Positions 19,144 to 29,196 are shown, numbered from the stretch's first letter. The stretch is DNA of 64,000 bases from Candidatus Cloacimonadales bacterium (GCA_963677495.2 CAXXOU010000001.1:128001-192000), one strand, 5' to 3'. Made by a program: numbers and translations. Notes: generated by a model from the sequence alone, not told the origin.

Positions 19144-19794
19144 CTATAGTTTGCGTTTTATTGCTGATATTTCAAGTCGTTCTGCTACTACTTCCGATTC
19201 ATCTGAAGGCAGTGCGATTCTATCAATAATATATCTTAAGTGTATCTTCTCACTCAGTTCAAGTTCTTTGGAATCAAATACTTTACGCTTGATTCTATCT
19301 TCCATCTTATCTGCTTCATGTTCATAGAAGTAAACTTTTCCAACAAAGTTACTTACAAGCTTAAGCTCTGTAAAAAATGCTCGTGAAGCATTGGCAACTG
19401 CTTCTACTGTCAATTGGGAAAATCTTGCCAACTCACCAAAGTCGTCTCTAACATTATCAGGAATATCCGGATGCTCAACTGATAGCTGTTCCATCACTTT
19501 ATGGCAAACATCAACTACATTATCAAGCGTTTCAAGTAACCCTAACACATCTCCTCTTGATTCCGGGATTAACATGTAAGCATAAAGTTTAACTTTAATA
19601 TCTCTTCTAAGTGCATCTGCTGCTTCCTCAATATCATTGAGCTCTGTTCTATACTCTTCAAACTTGTCTGTATCCCATGCTAAGTAAGCTTTCACACCTT
19701 CCAAGAATATTAGCCCTGAATGCTCAACATGAGCAAGAAAATGGTCAATCCCAATTTGTATCTCTTTTGTCCTGTCCGTAAATAGTTTCTGCAT
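19144..19794 (-). CDS. DUF47/PhoU-like phosphate transport regulator
   Basis: IEEAADALRRDI...LIPESRGD, EHEADK. Typical partner of PiT. GGAGG RBS. Confidence 0.88.
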   Translation of the reverse strand: MQKLFTDRTKEIQIGIDHFLAHVEHSGLIFLEGVKAYLAWDTDKFEEYRTELNDIEEAADALRRDIKVKLYAYMLIPESRGDVLGLLETLDNVVDVCHKVMEQLSVEHPDIPDNVRDDFGELARFSQLTVEAVANASRAFFTELKLVSNFVGKVYFYEHEADKMEDRIKRKVFDSKELELSEKIHLRYIIDRIALPSDESEVVAERLEISAIKRKL

Positions 19795-19895
19795 AAAACC
19801 TCCTGTATATAATATCCTCAAAGCTTGGATAGAGGCAAACAGCAATATATACTGATTACCATTTTAAGTGTCAAGCAGAAATTCGGTTCTTTAAT

Positions 19896-20876
19896 CTAAT
19901 AACTTGGTCTGATATTACTATGATGTAAGTATGGATCTAGTTGTGAGTCCTCAAGTGCTCTGGAAACAGGAACAATAAAGAAACTATGCTTTTTCTGCTT
20001 ATGCAAAGCCGGATAAAAGTCATACATCTTAATTGTCTCAACACCATGTTCGATATGGGTATCATCTATCTTCAAAGGTTTGGGAGTTGCTACTACAACA
20101 ATGACAGACTCATCTTTTAGAAGGTCATTTGCTTTGTATTTATCTATCTTATTGTTAGGAAAGAAGTTTCTACCTGCTTCACTAATCTCAGTAGCAATAC
20201 TGTATACTTTCAAATCATCAAGGTAAAGCATAAAGACAGATATATACGCCGGTTCATTGATAGTGTATTCAAGCTCAATTCCCTGCCTTTCTTCCAATAT
20301 AGTTGTACCGGAAACACACTGTAAGTTATATGGGTTATAGTCTTCAGCAACTATGTTAAAACTACATTCCATGTCTGCTGAAAAAGGTTTATTTCGAACA
20401 TTTGCACGTTTCGTTTTGCGCGTGCTTGTAAACAGTTCTTCATAAGCTGTAATTTTTGCTTTAGTTGTGTAGAGGGGGTATAGATAGACTAACCACTCTT
20501 CGAAGGTTTTGCTCCATGTAGATTTGGTAAAAGCTTTTCTGTTAGTGGATATGAGCTCTTCGAAATCATAATCAAGGTTATCTTTAATGTATCGTATAAT
20601 TGCATAGTTCAGAGCTCTTTTCTTGAATGGCTCTTTCTCATAATGAACTCGACTTACATTATACTGGTACTCGAATCCTCTTACTTTCACTGCCACTCTT
20701 GGATCATAAGTCATTGTGACAAAAATCAAACCTATAATCACTATCACTGCTGCAACTACTAAATGAGGAACGTAATCTATCAGATATTCAAACTTCTTTC
20801 TCTTCTCTTCTTCCTCTTCTTCAGGTTTATCTTGATTCTCATTAAATTCTAACATGCAAAACTCCATTGTTTTCAT
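19896..20876 (-). CDS. Membrane-anchored hypothetical protein, possible DUF4384-like C-terminal domain
   Basis: Single N-terminal TM. Similar by eye to 47325-48209. Confidence 0.55.
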   Translation of the reverse strand: MKTMEFCMLEFNENQDKPEEEEEEKRKKFEYLIDYVPHLVVAAVIVIIGLIFVTMTYDPRVAVKVRGFEYQYNVSRVHYEKEPFKKRALNYAIIRYIKDNLDYDFEELISTNRKAFTKSTWSKTFEEWLVYLYPLYTTKAKITAYEELFTSTRKTKRANVRNKPFSADMECSFNIVAEDYNPYNLQCVSGTTILEERQGIELEYTINEPAYISVFMLYLDDLKVYSIATEISEAGRNFFPNNKIDKYKANDLLKDESVIVVVATPKPLKIDDTHIEHGVETIKMYDFYPALHKQKKHSFFIVPVSRALEDSQLDPYLHHSNIRPSY

Positions 20877-21305
20877 TCCTGATTATTGTTAATGTCTATA
20901 GTTTACTGTCAATCATTAATCCTCCTCCTTAAGAATACACTTTAGATTTTCCAAGGATTAACCCGTGGTCGGGAATCAGAGATCTGCCTATCATCAGCCC
21001 CTCATAATGCGGTACTAATAATTGTCTTCTTCTGCCTAGTTTCAAGACCTTCTCTTATGATTTTGCCCTAGGGAGCCCCAAGAGACTCACAGGAATCGGA
21101 CAATTTTCTCTGCTTTATTATGATAGAGCAATGAGAGGATAATTATATTGCACTCATTGTCTTGTGCCTGGTTACTATTGTTCCGGATTACTCGATTTGT
21201 GGACATAGTAGACGGGAGTGGACTTAGTGTTTGATTGCTCTCTCACAATAATAATCTAACATGTATTTCTTAGTCATTAGAAAGCAATCCCATACCCATT
21301 CGCTG

Positions 21306-21338
21306 TAACGGGGATCTAACGGGAAGCTAACGGGGATT
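21306..21338 (+). repeat. Three 11-bp tandem repeats
   Basis: TAACGGGGATC/TAACGGGAAGC/TAACGGGGATT. Confidence 0.8.
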
Positions 21339-21371
21339 CAATAGGTGTCTCATTGGAATTAAGGCAGAGCA

Positions 21372-21883
21372 GTACATCGAAATTGCACGTCGAAACGTAG
21401 GACATGCTGCCAGCTTGTCCGCTTAGCGTAGCTAAGCCCCGCCACTGACGTTAATTGGCATAAACTACTAAAGTTCTTTAGTAATTATTATCAAGTTCTG
21501 TCTCGGGGAATACAGCTCTGTCGAGCTGTGAGCAAGCAGGCTGCATGCCCTACAATTTTACATGTAATACTGATGTACCTTCCAGCTCTGAAAGAGCGAT
21601 TGTTTAATAGCCCCATGCGACAACTTGTCGCTTGGGGTTAAAGATCTCGGACATTGTTCTAGCCCTGAAGGGGCGTAAGAGCTCAAACGTGTTAATCTTT
21701 CGCCTCTATAGGGCTACAATCTTCTTTTATGACATTACCACATGCCAAAGCATGTGGCTATTGAACAGACGCCTTTTCAAGGCTAAATCAAAATAAGAGA
21801 GTTGCTTACAAGTGAGGCACTCGCACTACTTTCTAGCCCTAAAGGGGCTGAAAATTAATAACCTCGGGCTTTGTGAACCCGGG
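21372..21883. repeat. Cluster of REP/REPIN-like palindromes
   Basis: GTAG-type inverted pair 21397-21420 and 21530-21553. AGCYYTGAAARRGC-type inverted pair spanning 21584-21784. Further hairpins to 21883. Confidence 0.8.
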
Positions 21884-21897
21884 GTCGTGTACTCCCC

Positions 21898-21926
21898 AAA
21901 AAAAAGGGTGCAACATTGTTGCACCC
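21898..21926 (-). terminator. Rho-independent terminator after ffh
   Basis: GGGTGCAAC-ATT-GTTGCACCC preceded by A8 on the + strand. Confidence 0.85.
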
Positions 21927-21945
21927 AAAAGATAGATTACATGTC

Positions 21946-23268
21946 CTAGAATTGTAGATTCTTAAACTGTTTAGCGAACTTAGGGTTGTTCATCTTCTTC
22001 ATCATCTTCTTCATATCTTCAAAGTTGCGAAGCAGGCGGTTTACTTCCTGAACAGGGCGTCCGGCACCGAGAGCAATACGTTTACGTCTTGAACCGTTTA
22101 GGACTTGTGGTTTCTCACGTTCTCTATTTGTCATAGACTTGATAATAGCTTCAATATGTGCTAATTGCTTTTCATCGATGTTGACATTCTTCATCATCTT
22201 TGAGTTAACACCAGGAATCATCTTCATGATAGAATCAAGTGGACCTAGTTTCTTTATATGCTGTAACTGACTAAGGAAATCGTTAAGGTCAAACTTGTTC
22301 TTTTGCATCTTCTTTGCGAGTTTCTCTGCTTCTTCTTCATCAAAAGCTTCTTCCGCTTTTTCGATAAGGCTAAGAACATCACCCATACCGAGAATTCTAG
22401 ATGCCATTCTGTCTGCATGGAAGAGTTCAAGGTCACTAACCTTTTCTCCCATACCAACGAAGACTACAGGTTTACCGGTAACTGCTTTAATAGAAAGAGC
22501 TGCACCACCACGGGCATCACCATCAAGCTTTGTAAGGATAACCCCATGGAAGTCCATCTTGTCATTGAACTCTTTGGCAACTGTTACAGCATCCTGACCT
22601 GTCATAGAATCTGCTACGAAGAAGATGTAATCAGGTTTAATCTGCTGTTTAAGATTATAAATCTCATCCATCATATCCCCGTCAATATGCAAGCGACCGG
22701 CAGTATCGAAGATAAGGAGATTAGTCATCTCTCTGTCAGCAGCTTTAAGAGCTTTGTCAGCTATCTTAGTAACATTATTGCTATCGTCATGGATTACAGG
22801 AATATTAATCTGCTTACCTAAAACCTGAAGCTGATGAACAGCAGCAGGACGATAGATATCACATGCAACCATCATTGGTTTAATCTTTTTCTTTCTATAA
22901 TAACTTGAAAGCTTTGCACATGCAGTAGTTTTACCTGAACCTTGAAGACCAACAAGCATAACTTTAGTTAACTTATTGTCATATACATTCAGGTTAAAAC
23001 CATCTGTGTCCATGAGTTTAACAAGTTGTTCATTAACTATCTTCACTACCTGCTGACCCGGAGTTAGAGATTTCATAACCTCTTGTCCCATTGCACGCTC
23101 TTGAACAGCTTTCACAAAGTTCTTAACAATCTTATAGTTCACATCAGCTTCAAGAAGAGCCATGCGAATCTCTTTCATAGAGTCTTTTATGTTTTGTTCT
23201 GAAAGGACGCCACGACCCTTAAGTTTCTTAAAAACACCTTCCAGCTTTTCACTTAAATCATTAAACAT
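21946..23268 (-). CDS. ffh: Signal recognition particle protein Ffh
   Basis: ALLEADV, GLQGSGKTT, DTAGRL, TKLDGDARGGAALS, Met-rich M domain. Confidence 0.98.
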   Translation of the reverse strand: MFNDLSEKLEGVFKKLKGRGVLSEQNIKDSMKEIRMALLEADVNYKIVKNFVKAVQERAMGQEVMKSLTPGQQVVKIVNEQLVKLMDTDGFNLNVYDNKLTKVMLVGLQGSGKTTACAKLSSYYRKKKIKPMMVACDIYRPAAVHQLQVLGKQINIPVIHDDSNNVTKIADKALKAADREMTNLLIFDTAGRLHIDGDMMDEIYNLKQQIKPDYIFFVADSMTGQDAVTVAKEFNDKMDFHGVILTKLDGDARGGAALSIKAVTGKPVVFVGMGEKVSDLELFHADRMASRILGMGDVLSLIEKAEEAFDEEEAEKLAKKMQKNKFDLNDFLSQLQHIKKLGPLDSIMKMIPGVNSKMMKNVNIDEKQLAHIEAIIKSMTNREREKPQVLNGSRRKRIALGAGRPVQEVNRLLRNFEDMKKMMKKMNNPKFAKQFKNLQF

Positions 23269-23271
23269 TAT

Positions 23272-23919
23272 TTATCCTTTCAATAACTGATTAACCTGAT
23301 TAGAGTAAGGTTTACTCTTAAATACGAATGAACCTGCAACAAGAAGTTCAACACCTGCATCGATAAGTTCTTGTACATTATCAGCGCAAACACCACCATC
23401 AATCTCAATTAACAGGTTTGGATTATACTTCGCTTTGTACTGATTGAGTAGTTCTAACTTCTCATATACTACAGGAAGGAACTTCTGACCGCCAAAACCG
23501 GGGTTTACGCTCATTATTAAGACAAAGTCAAGGTCACAGACTAAATGCTTGATAGTTTCTACAGGAGTAGCCGGATTTAAAGCAATACCAGCTTTACATC
23601 CAAGTTCCTTAATCTCCATAACTGCACGCTGTGCATGGAAGACAGTTTCCTGATGGAATGATATATACTTAACACCCATTTCTGCTAATGGTTTGAAGTA
23701 ATCCTGCGGATTAGTCACCATTAGATGAGCATCCAAATCAAGGTCAGTTGCTTTTCTAATAGATTTAATAACAGGCATACCAAAAGTAAGGTTGGGGACA
23801 AAGTGTCCATCCATAACGTCAAGGTGCAGAATTTTAATACCTGCATCTTTAAGAGCTTTCATTTCATCTTTAAGTATACTGAAATCAGCTGATAACAGAG
23901 AGGGAAGTATTTTAGGCAT
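23272..23919 (-). CDS. rpe: Ribulose-phosphate 3-epimerase
   Basis: PSLLSADF, HLDVMDGHFVPNLTFG, MSVNPGFGGQ, IDGG. Confidence 0.97.
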   Translation of the reverse strand: MPKILPSLLSADFSILKDEMKALKDAGIKILHLDVMDGHFVPNLTFGMPVIKSIRKATDLDLDAHLMVTNPQDYFKPLAEMGVKYISFHQETVFHAQRAVMEIKELGCKAGIALNPATPVETIKHLVCDLDFVLIMSVNPGFGGQKFLPVVYEKLELLNQYKAKYNPNLLIEIDGGVCADNVQELIDAGVELLVAGSFVFKSKPYSNQVNQLLKG

Positions 23920-24210
23920 TTAACTACTCTTTATATAATAAACTATATCTTTGATTTTACCTCTGTGTTCTCTATTAAGTCTTTCAAGAATAAGAGGTTT
24001 GTTAAGAGACAATTCCTGTAACCATACGCTATTGGTAACACCAACATACAGGATATGATTATGGAATCGCTCAACAGAAGAACGCTCTGCCATGGTTGAG
24101 CCGACGACTCTTTCCCAGGACAGAGCGAATAATACTAGATCTTTATATCTGTCCCCGGCAATTTTTAGCAGTAGACTTTTGACGCCTCTGCCGGCGTTTT
24201 GCCAGGACAT
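23920..24210 (-). CDS. DUF721/DciA-family protein
   Basis: WERVVG...LYVGVTNSVWLQELS...ILERLN pattern. Confidence 0.75.
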   Translation of the reverse strand: MSWQNAGRGVKSLLLKIAGDRYKDLVLFALSWERVVGSTMAERSSVERFHNHILYVGVTNSVWLQELSLNKPLILERLNREHRGKIKDIVYYIKSS

Positions 24211-24215
24211 ATAGA

Positions 24216-25577
24216 TTATCTTTTCTTTGTTGTGATGAGAGAGAGTCCCAACCAACTAAGAATTGCGATTGCAACAGCTACGAAATAAACAGTTCCAAGA
24301 GTATTGGAAGTTGCGTCGTAAGGTTTGATTGCAATAGCAGGGAGACAAGAGATTACGATAAGAATAAGATATCCAACATAGCCAAGCGCCTTGTTAGGAG
24401 TCTTAGGTTCAGTGTTCTCTTTACCTCCGAGCTGATGTCTGATACCTTTAGAAAGGTTAATCATAACAACAGCAGCAGCACCAATAGCTACAACAACTGC
24501 AGTAAGCAGTGTTACAACTGTTAAAGCTCCTCCGGAAATCTCAGCGAGTTTATCACTGAAATGAACTTTCTGGAGTGTATATGCAGGCATATAAATAGCT
24601 GCAAATGTAGAAACAGCGCCTATAGCTCTAAATATCCACACTTTGATATTACTTTCTTCATTACCACGTTTATGCTTCATAACAAGTGATGCATAAATTC
24701 CACCGAAAACGATGAGGAAGAAGAAGAAATAAAGAGCGAACATAGACTTTGGATTATCAGTTACGAGTACGAGACAAACCATTACTATGAAAAGAAGAAC
24801 ATTAACTAAAATATTTCCAACCATAAACATAGTTTTGTTTGGAGCTTTATCTTTACCACCACTAAGTTTAGTAGAGAGGAAGAATAAAGCAAAAACAATA
24901 GCAAAGAAGATGCCGTACATAACAACACCTGAGCCAGGGTTATCTGTAACAACACCGATAGCAGCAAGAATAACAAAGAGAATTGCTATAGCTGCGATTC
25001 TTTGAATCATGAAGACAGTTGGATTAGTCTTCTTGAGCTCATGTTTCTGAGATTTAACAGAATAAAAAGCAAGTGCAAACACAGCTGCAAATACTACAAG
25101 CCAGACGAAAAACTTCCCGGTTTTTTTACCTGCTAATTTGGCTTTCATCTCTTCAGGTGTTAATGCTTGAAGATCAGATAAGACTTTTGAAAGTTCACCA
25201 TTTTGATTGATTACTTTCTCACCATTCATTAAGCTGGTGTAATTTAGCATGAACCAATCATTATTATGCCAGAACATATCTTCAGTCTGCAAGATATTAG
25301 TTCCATCTTTACTGATTAAAACTTTTGAGAAAAGTTTTTCAACTGCAAGCTGGGAACCATCCATCTCCTCATTTGAAGGTCTATCTGAAGCATCATTCTT
25401 ATAGAATCTGCCTTTATAGACTATACCACTATATGAATCAGTATAGCTATCAAAGGAAACATCATAAGAATCATTGCCGGTAACATTGAGATCTTTGTAA
25501 CCGGTTGTCAGATTACCAAATGAGAAAGCAAAGACTAAAATTATGGCAAGCCATATAATAATCTGTTTTATATTCAT
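24216..25577 (-). CDS. Hypothetical polytopic membrane protein
   Basis: Signal/TM, an extracytoplasmic domain, then about 9 hydrophobic segments with an internal repeat (V.TDNP). Confidence 0.7.
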   Translation of the reverse strand: MNIKQIIIWLAIILVFAFSFGNLTTGYKDLNVTGNDSYDVSFDSYTDSYSGIVYKGRFYKNDASDRPSNEEMDGSQLAVEKLFSKVLISKDGTNILQTEDMFWHNNDWFMLNYTSLMNGEKVINQNGELSKVLSDLQALTPEEMKAKLAGKKTGKFFVWLVVFAAVFALAFYSVKSQKHELKKTNPTVFMIQRIAAIAILFVILAAIGVVTDNPGSGVVMYGIFFAIVFALFFLSTKLSGGKDKAPNKTMFMVGNILVNVLLFIVMVCLVLVTDNPKSMFALYFFFFLIVFGGIYASLVMKHKRGNEESNIKVWIFRAIGAVSTFAAIYMPAYTLQKVHFSDKLAEISGGALTVVTLLTAVVVAIGAAAVVMINLSKGIRHQLGGKENTEPKTPNKALGYVGYLILIVISCLPAIAIKPYDATSNTLGTVYFVAVAIAILSWLGLSLITTKKR

Positions 25578-25622
25578 TAAAACCTCCGGGTTTATTAATT
25601 TCCAATTATTAAAGAAATTATG

Positions 25623-26072
25623 CTATTCCTCTTCGGCTTGAACAGTCACAGTAATATTTGCTTTGATTTCGTTATTCATCTCCACAACCAACTCCTGTGA
25701 GCCTAATTCTTTAATGTGCTTTTCAAGAGTCAGATTGTTTTTATTGATGTCAATATCTTTTTCTTTAAGAGCTTGAATGATATCGAATTCAGAAACTGAA
25801 CCATAAAGGTGGCCATTTTCATCAACTTTTCTATCGAAAGTAAGTTCCATTCCTTCAAGTTTAGCCGCAATCTCTTTCATTGCAAGAGCTTCTTTCTCTC
25901 TAATAGTAGCTGCATCAGCTTCAATCTTTTCGATTTTCTTCAAGTTACCAGGGGTTGCAAGAATAGCAAAGCCCTGAGGTAATAAATAGTTTCTGGCGTA
26001 TCCGTTTTTTACTTCAACCACCGCACCGGCATTACCAAGTCTGTGTATATCTTTAACTAAGATGATTTTCAT
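25623..26072 (-). CDS. rplI: 50S ribosomal protein L9
   Basis: MKIILVKDIHRLG...VKNGYARNYLLP, LYGSV. Confidence 0.97.
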   Translation of the reverse strand: MKIILVKDIHRLGNAGAVVEVKNGYARNYLLPQGFAILATPGNLKKIEKIEADAATIREKEALAMKEIAAKLEGMELTFDRKVDENGHLYGSVSEFDIIQALKEKDIDINKNNLTLEKHIKELGSQELVVEMNNEIKANITVTVQAEEE

Positions 26073-26934
26073 CTAAGTCCTCCTTAGTATATATTTTTCT
26101 GAAATTAAACCAGACGTCAAAGAGTCCGGTAAATGTTATAACAATTAGCATATATGGATTCAGCATCAATGCGATGATCAGTATGAATCTTAAAACAACT
26201 GTTTTTGCTAAAAACCTGCCCCAATAGAAATCTAAAACAGAAATTCCTTGTATTAGATAAACCGGAGCGAGAATCAGCAAAAGATTCATTGGGTAAGTTT
26301 TATCGGGAAGGAACAGAAAAGCTATTAGCGTAATCAAGAGTAAATAAATAGATTCATAAGGCATCTTTATAAGCTTATGATTCCAAAATATTATCTTTGA
26401 TTTCGATAAAGCTACTGCACCAAGATAAGCGCCCATTATCGCTGAACATGTCCAGATTGCAGGATTGAAACTTCTGTAAGATTCAATAATTGAACCGATC
26501 ATGAGATCAAAATCTGATTCACTGATTCCACTGTTAACAACATAACTCCTAACAGTTGCTGCTGATTCGCTCATTGAGTTCAGTAACAAATCCATGAGGA
26601 AAAATTGTCTGAAAACAGAATACAGTAGCGAGAACAATCCGAATGATAGTATTGCATATTCAAATTTCTTAAACTTAAGTAGTGTTAAGAATAGAATCAA
26701 AGAACCTATTCCAACACCAACTACTGAGTCAAGAGTTGAAGCAACAACCATTCGACTATCTTCTGCTAAAAAGTAACTTGTACCAATAGCAGTAGCACTG
26801 AACAATGCTAAATACACATATATTTGGCGATAGCTTTTAACTACGTATCTACCACCAATACCTATGAGAAAGATCAAGCCCAAAAAGGGTGAAACGGCTG
26901 CCACTAGAGCAGCCAACACGGCTGACAGAATCAC
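26053..26934 (-). CDS. DUF2232/YybS-family membrane protein
   Basis: Hydrophobic, QGISV and GLFDVWFNFRK. Canonical position between rpsR and rplI. Confidence 0.8.
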   Translation of the reverse strand: MILSAVLAALVAAVSPFLGLIFLIGIGGRYVVKSYRQIYVYLALFSATAIGTSYFLAEDSRMVVASTLDSVVGVGIGSLILFLTLLKFKKFEYAILSFGLFSLLYSVFRQFFLMDLLLNSMSESAATVRSYVVNSGISESDFDLMIGSIIESYRSFNPAIWTCSAIMGAYLGAVALSKSKIIFWNHKLIKMPYESIYLLLITLIAFLFLPDKTYPMNLLLILAPVYLIQGISVLDFYWGRFLAKTVVLRFILIIALMLNPYMLIVITFTGLFDVWFNFRKIYTKEDLDENHLS

Positions 26935-26939
26935 CTTAA

Positions 26940-27176
26940 TTAATCAATAATGTAAGGGATTAATGCCATTTGGCGTGCACGCTTGATTTCACTGGCTAAT
27001 TTGCGCTGATGCTTCGCACAAGTACCTGTTAAACGTGCCGGTTCGATTTTACCAACTTCATTTACGTATCTGCGTAACATCTCGAAGTTTTTATAATCTA
27101 ATTTAAGCTCCGGGTCTTTGCAGAATTGACATACTTTTTTGCGTGTAAAACGTTTTCTTCTTTTTATATAAGCCAT
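26940..27176 (-). CDS. rpsR: 30S ribosomal protein S18
   Basis: CQFC, DYKN, GKIEPARLTGTCAKHQR, IKRAR. Confidence 0.97.
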   Translation of the reverse strand: MAYIKRRKRFTRKKVCQFCKDPELKLDYKNFEMLRRYVNEVGKIEPARLTGTCAKHQRKLASEIKRARQMALIPYIID

Positions 27177-27195
27177 TTATTAACTCCTGTATTTA

Positions 27196-27639
27196 TTAAA
27201 ATGGAACATCATCATCAGTAATCTGAGTGTTTTTAGGTGCGCTATTATAGTTTGGTTCCTGAGGAGTAGTATTACTACTTTCAGGTCTTGGATTAGCTTT
27301 CAGGAACTGAATGCTATCAGCAACAATTTCTACACTCTTACGATTTTGATTATTCTTATCTGTATAAGTTCTAGTTTCGATTCTACCCTCTACTAATATT
27401 GGGTAACCTTTGCCTTTTCCATCGCATCTTTCAGCGAGTTTAGACCAAGCAACAACATCCATGAAATTAGCTTGTTCTCTCCATTCACCTGATGCTTGAT
27501 CGCGCCAAACACGATTAAAGGCAATTGAGAGGCGTGCAACGGGAGTACCACTAGGTGTATATCTTAGTTCCACATCGCGTGTGAGATGACCTGAGATCAT
27601 TACTTTGTTAATACGCGGGAATTTAAGATCCATAGCCAT
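27196..27639 (-). CDS. ssb: Single-stranded DNA-binding protein
   Basis: INKVMISGHLTRDVELRYTPSG, C-terminal DDDVPF. Confidence 0.97.
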   Translation of the reverse strand: MAMDLKFPRINKVMISGHLTRDVELRYTPSGTPVARLSIAFNRVWRDQASGEWREQANFMDVVAWSKLAERCDGKGKGYPILVEGRIETRTYTDKNNQNRKSVEIVADSIQFLKANPRPESSNTTPQEPNYNSAPKNTQITDDDVPF

Positions 27640-27648
27640 GTTTCCTCC

Positions 27649-27939
27649 TTAGTTTTGTTCAAGTACTATGATGTTGAATCTGATAATCTGTTCTTTGAGT
27701 TTGTAGTTACGTTCTAATTCAGGAATCTTATTAGTGGCTAATAAGAAAGTATTTATATAATAATATCCTTGATTTTTCTTCTCAATTTCATAAGCAAGTT
27801 GTCTCTTGCCCCAATCGAGAGTTTCAAGGACTTCACCACCATTTGAAGTGATGAATTCAGTAATCGTTTGATTAACTGTGAGTGCATCGTCTTTTGAAAG
27901 TGCACCGTCAACTATAAGCATGCTTTCATACTTATTCAT
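27649..27939 (-). CDS. rpsF: 30S ribosomal protein S6
   Basis: KYESMLI, WGKRQLAYEI. Confidence 0.96.
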   Translation of the reverse strand: MNKYESMLIVDGALSKDDALTVNQTITEFITSNGGEVLETLDWGKRQLAYEIEKKNQGYYYINTFLLATNKIPELERNYKLKEQIIRFNIIVLEQN

Positions 27940-28531
27940 TAAAATCCTCCTCTGGACTTACTGATCCCGACTTTTGGGTATCGGAATAGGCTAGTTTGTT
28001 TCTACTATAATAATCAACCATAGCTTGATAATCTTTCTGAATATAGATATCTAATAAATCTGTGACTATCGAGCTAACCTCTGAAATTTGTTCTATCTCA
28101 TCTTTTGAGAACTTATCAAGAACATATTTCTTCAATTCTGAAGTTGGGCTGTTGATACCAACTCTGATTCTAGGATAATCCATAGAACCATTTGATGCCT
28201 GAATCGATTTGAGACCATTGTGCCCACCTGCTGAACCTTTCTGACGGATACGAATCGTGCCCATTGGAAGGTTTATGTCATCAACAAGTACCATGAACTC
28301 ATCAATTCTAAAAGAAGTTCTAATAGATGTTAAAGCGTCACCGCTTAGATTCATATAAGTTCTTGGTTTTACAATCAGGCAATTGCGATACTCGATAAAC
28401 TCATATTTAGGTTTCTTCTTAAATTTAAGATCATGTTCCTTTGCAAAACGGTCTGCAATAATAAAACCGGCATTATGTCTTGTTTTCTTATATTTTAATC
28501 CAATATTACCAAGGCATATGATTAGTTTCAT
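27932..28531 (-). CDS. pth: Peptidyl-tRNA hydrolase
   Basis: LGNIG..Y..TRHNAGF, KPRTYMNLSG, GGHNGLKSI. Confidence 0.96.
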   Translation of the reverse strand: MKLIICLGNIGLKYKKTRHNAGFIIADRFAKEHDLKFKKKPKYEFIEYRNCLIVKPRTYMNLSGDALTSIRTSFRIDEFMVLVDDINLPMGTIRIRQKGSAGGHNGLKSIQASNGSMDYPRIRVGINSPTSELKKYVLDKFSKDEIEQISEVSSIVTDLLDIYIQKDYQAMVDYYSRNKLAYSDTQKSGSVSPEEDFNE

Positions 28532-28566
28532 TAAATCACTCTATCCCACTATTTCTTGTGTTGAAC

Positions 28567-29178
28567 TTATTCAACAACAGCTTCTACTGCTTCCTCTTCA
28601 TCAGTTTCTTCTTCTTCGTCACTTGCTGTCTTAGGAGCATGTACGATTACTAAAGCAACGTCATCAGAAAGTTCAAAACGAACATTCTCAATTTTAATTT
28701 CAGCAACATTAATTGAATCACCTATATTAAGAGAAGATACATCTACTGAGATAGCCTCTGGGATATCTTTTGGTAAACAATGTGCTGTAATCTTTCTAAT
28801 AAGAACATCAAGTTCACCACCAAGAGCTTCACCAGCTGCTTCCCCAACATAATTGATTGGGATATCAATGGTAATTGCTGTACCTGGATGTAGCTCTAAG
28901 AAATCTACATGCAAGATCTCTCTAGAAACTGGATGAATTTGACGTGATTTGATAATAGTATGAATTTCCTTACCATCTACATTGATATGGAATAATGCAG
29001 TGTCACCAATACTCTTCTTATAGCTTTTCATAAAGCTAACTTTGTCGAGTGTGATGTGCTTCGCATCTTCTCCACCACCGTAGATAACAGCAGGAATTCT
29101 CCCACTTTTACGTAGGTCTTTCGCAACAGATTTCTTGTTGGAAATAGTACGTTGATCGGCATTGATTTTGAGAATCAT
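28567..29178 (-). CDS. rplY: 50S ribosomal protein L25/Ctc
   Basis: LRKSGRIPAVIYG, QIHPV...LHVDF. Confidence 0.95.
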   Translation of the reverse strand: MILKINADQRTISNKKSVAKDLRKSGRIPAVIYGGGEDAKHITLDKVSFMKSYKKSIGDTALFHINVDGKEIHTIIKSRQIHPVSREILHVDFLELHPGTAITIDIPINYVGEAAGEALGGELDVLIRKITAHCLPKDIPEAISVDVSSLNIGDSINVAEIKIENVRFELSDDVALVIVHAPKTASDEEEETDEEEAVEAVVE

Positions 29179-29196
29179 ATGATTTCCTCCATTTCG

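Noticed and set aside
20877..21945. SRP RNA (ffs) or another known ncRNA near ffh
   Set aside because: No SRP domain IV motif (CAGG...GGAA...AGCAG) or tRNA-like fold was recognised by eye. An Rfam scan would be decisive.
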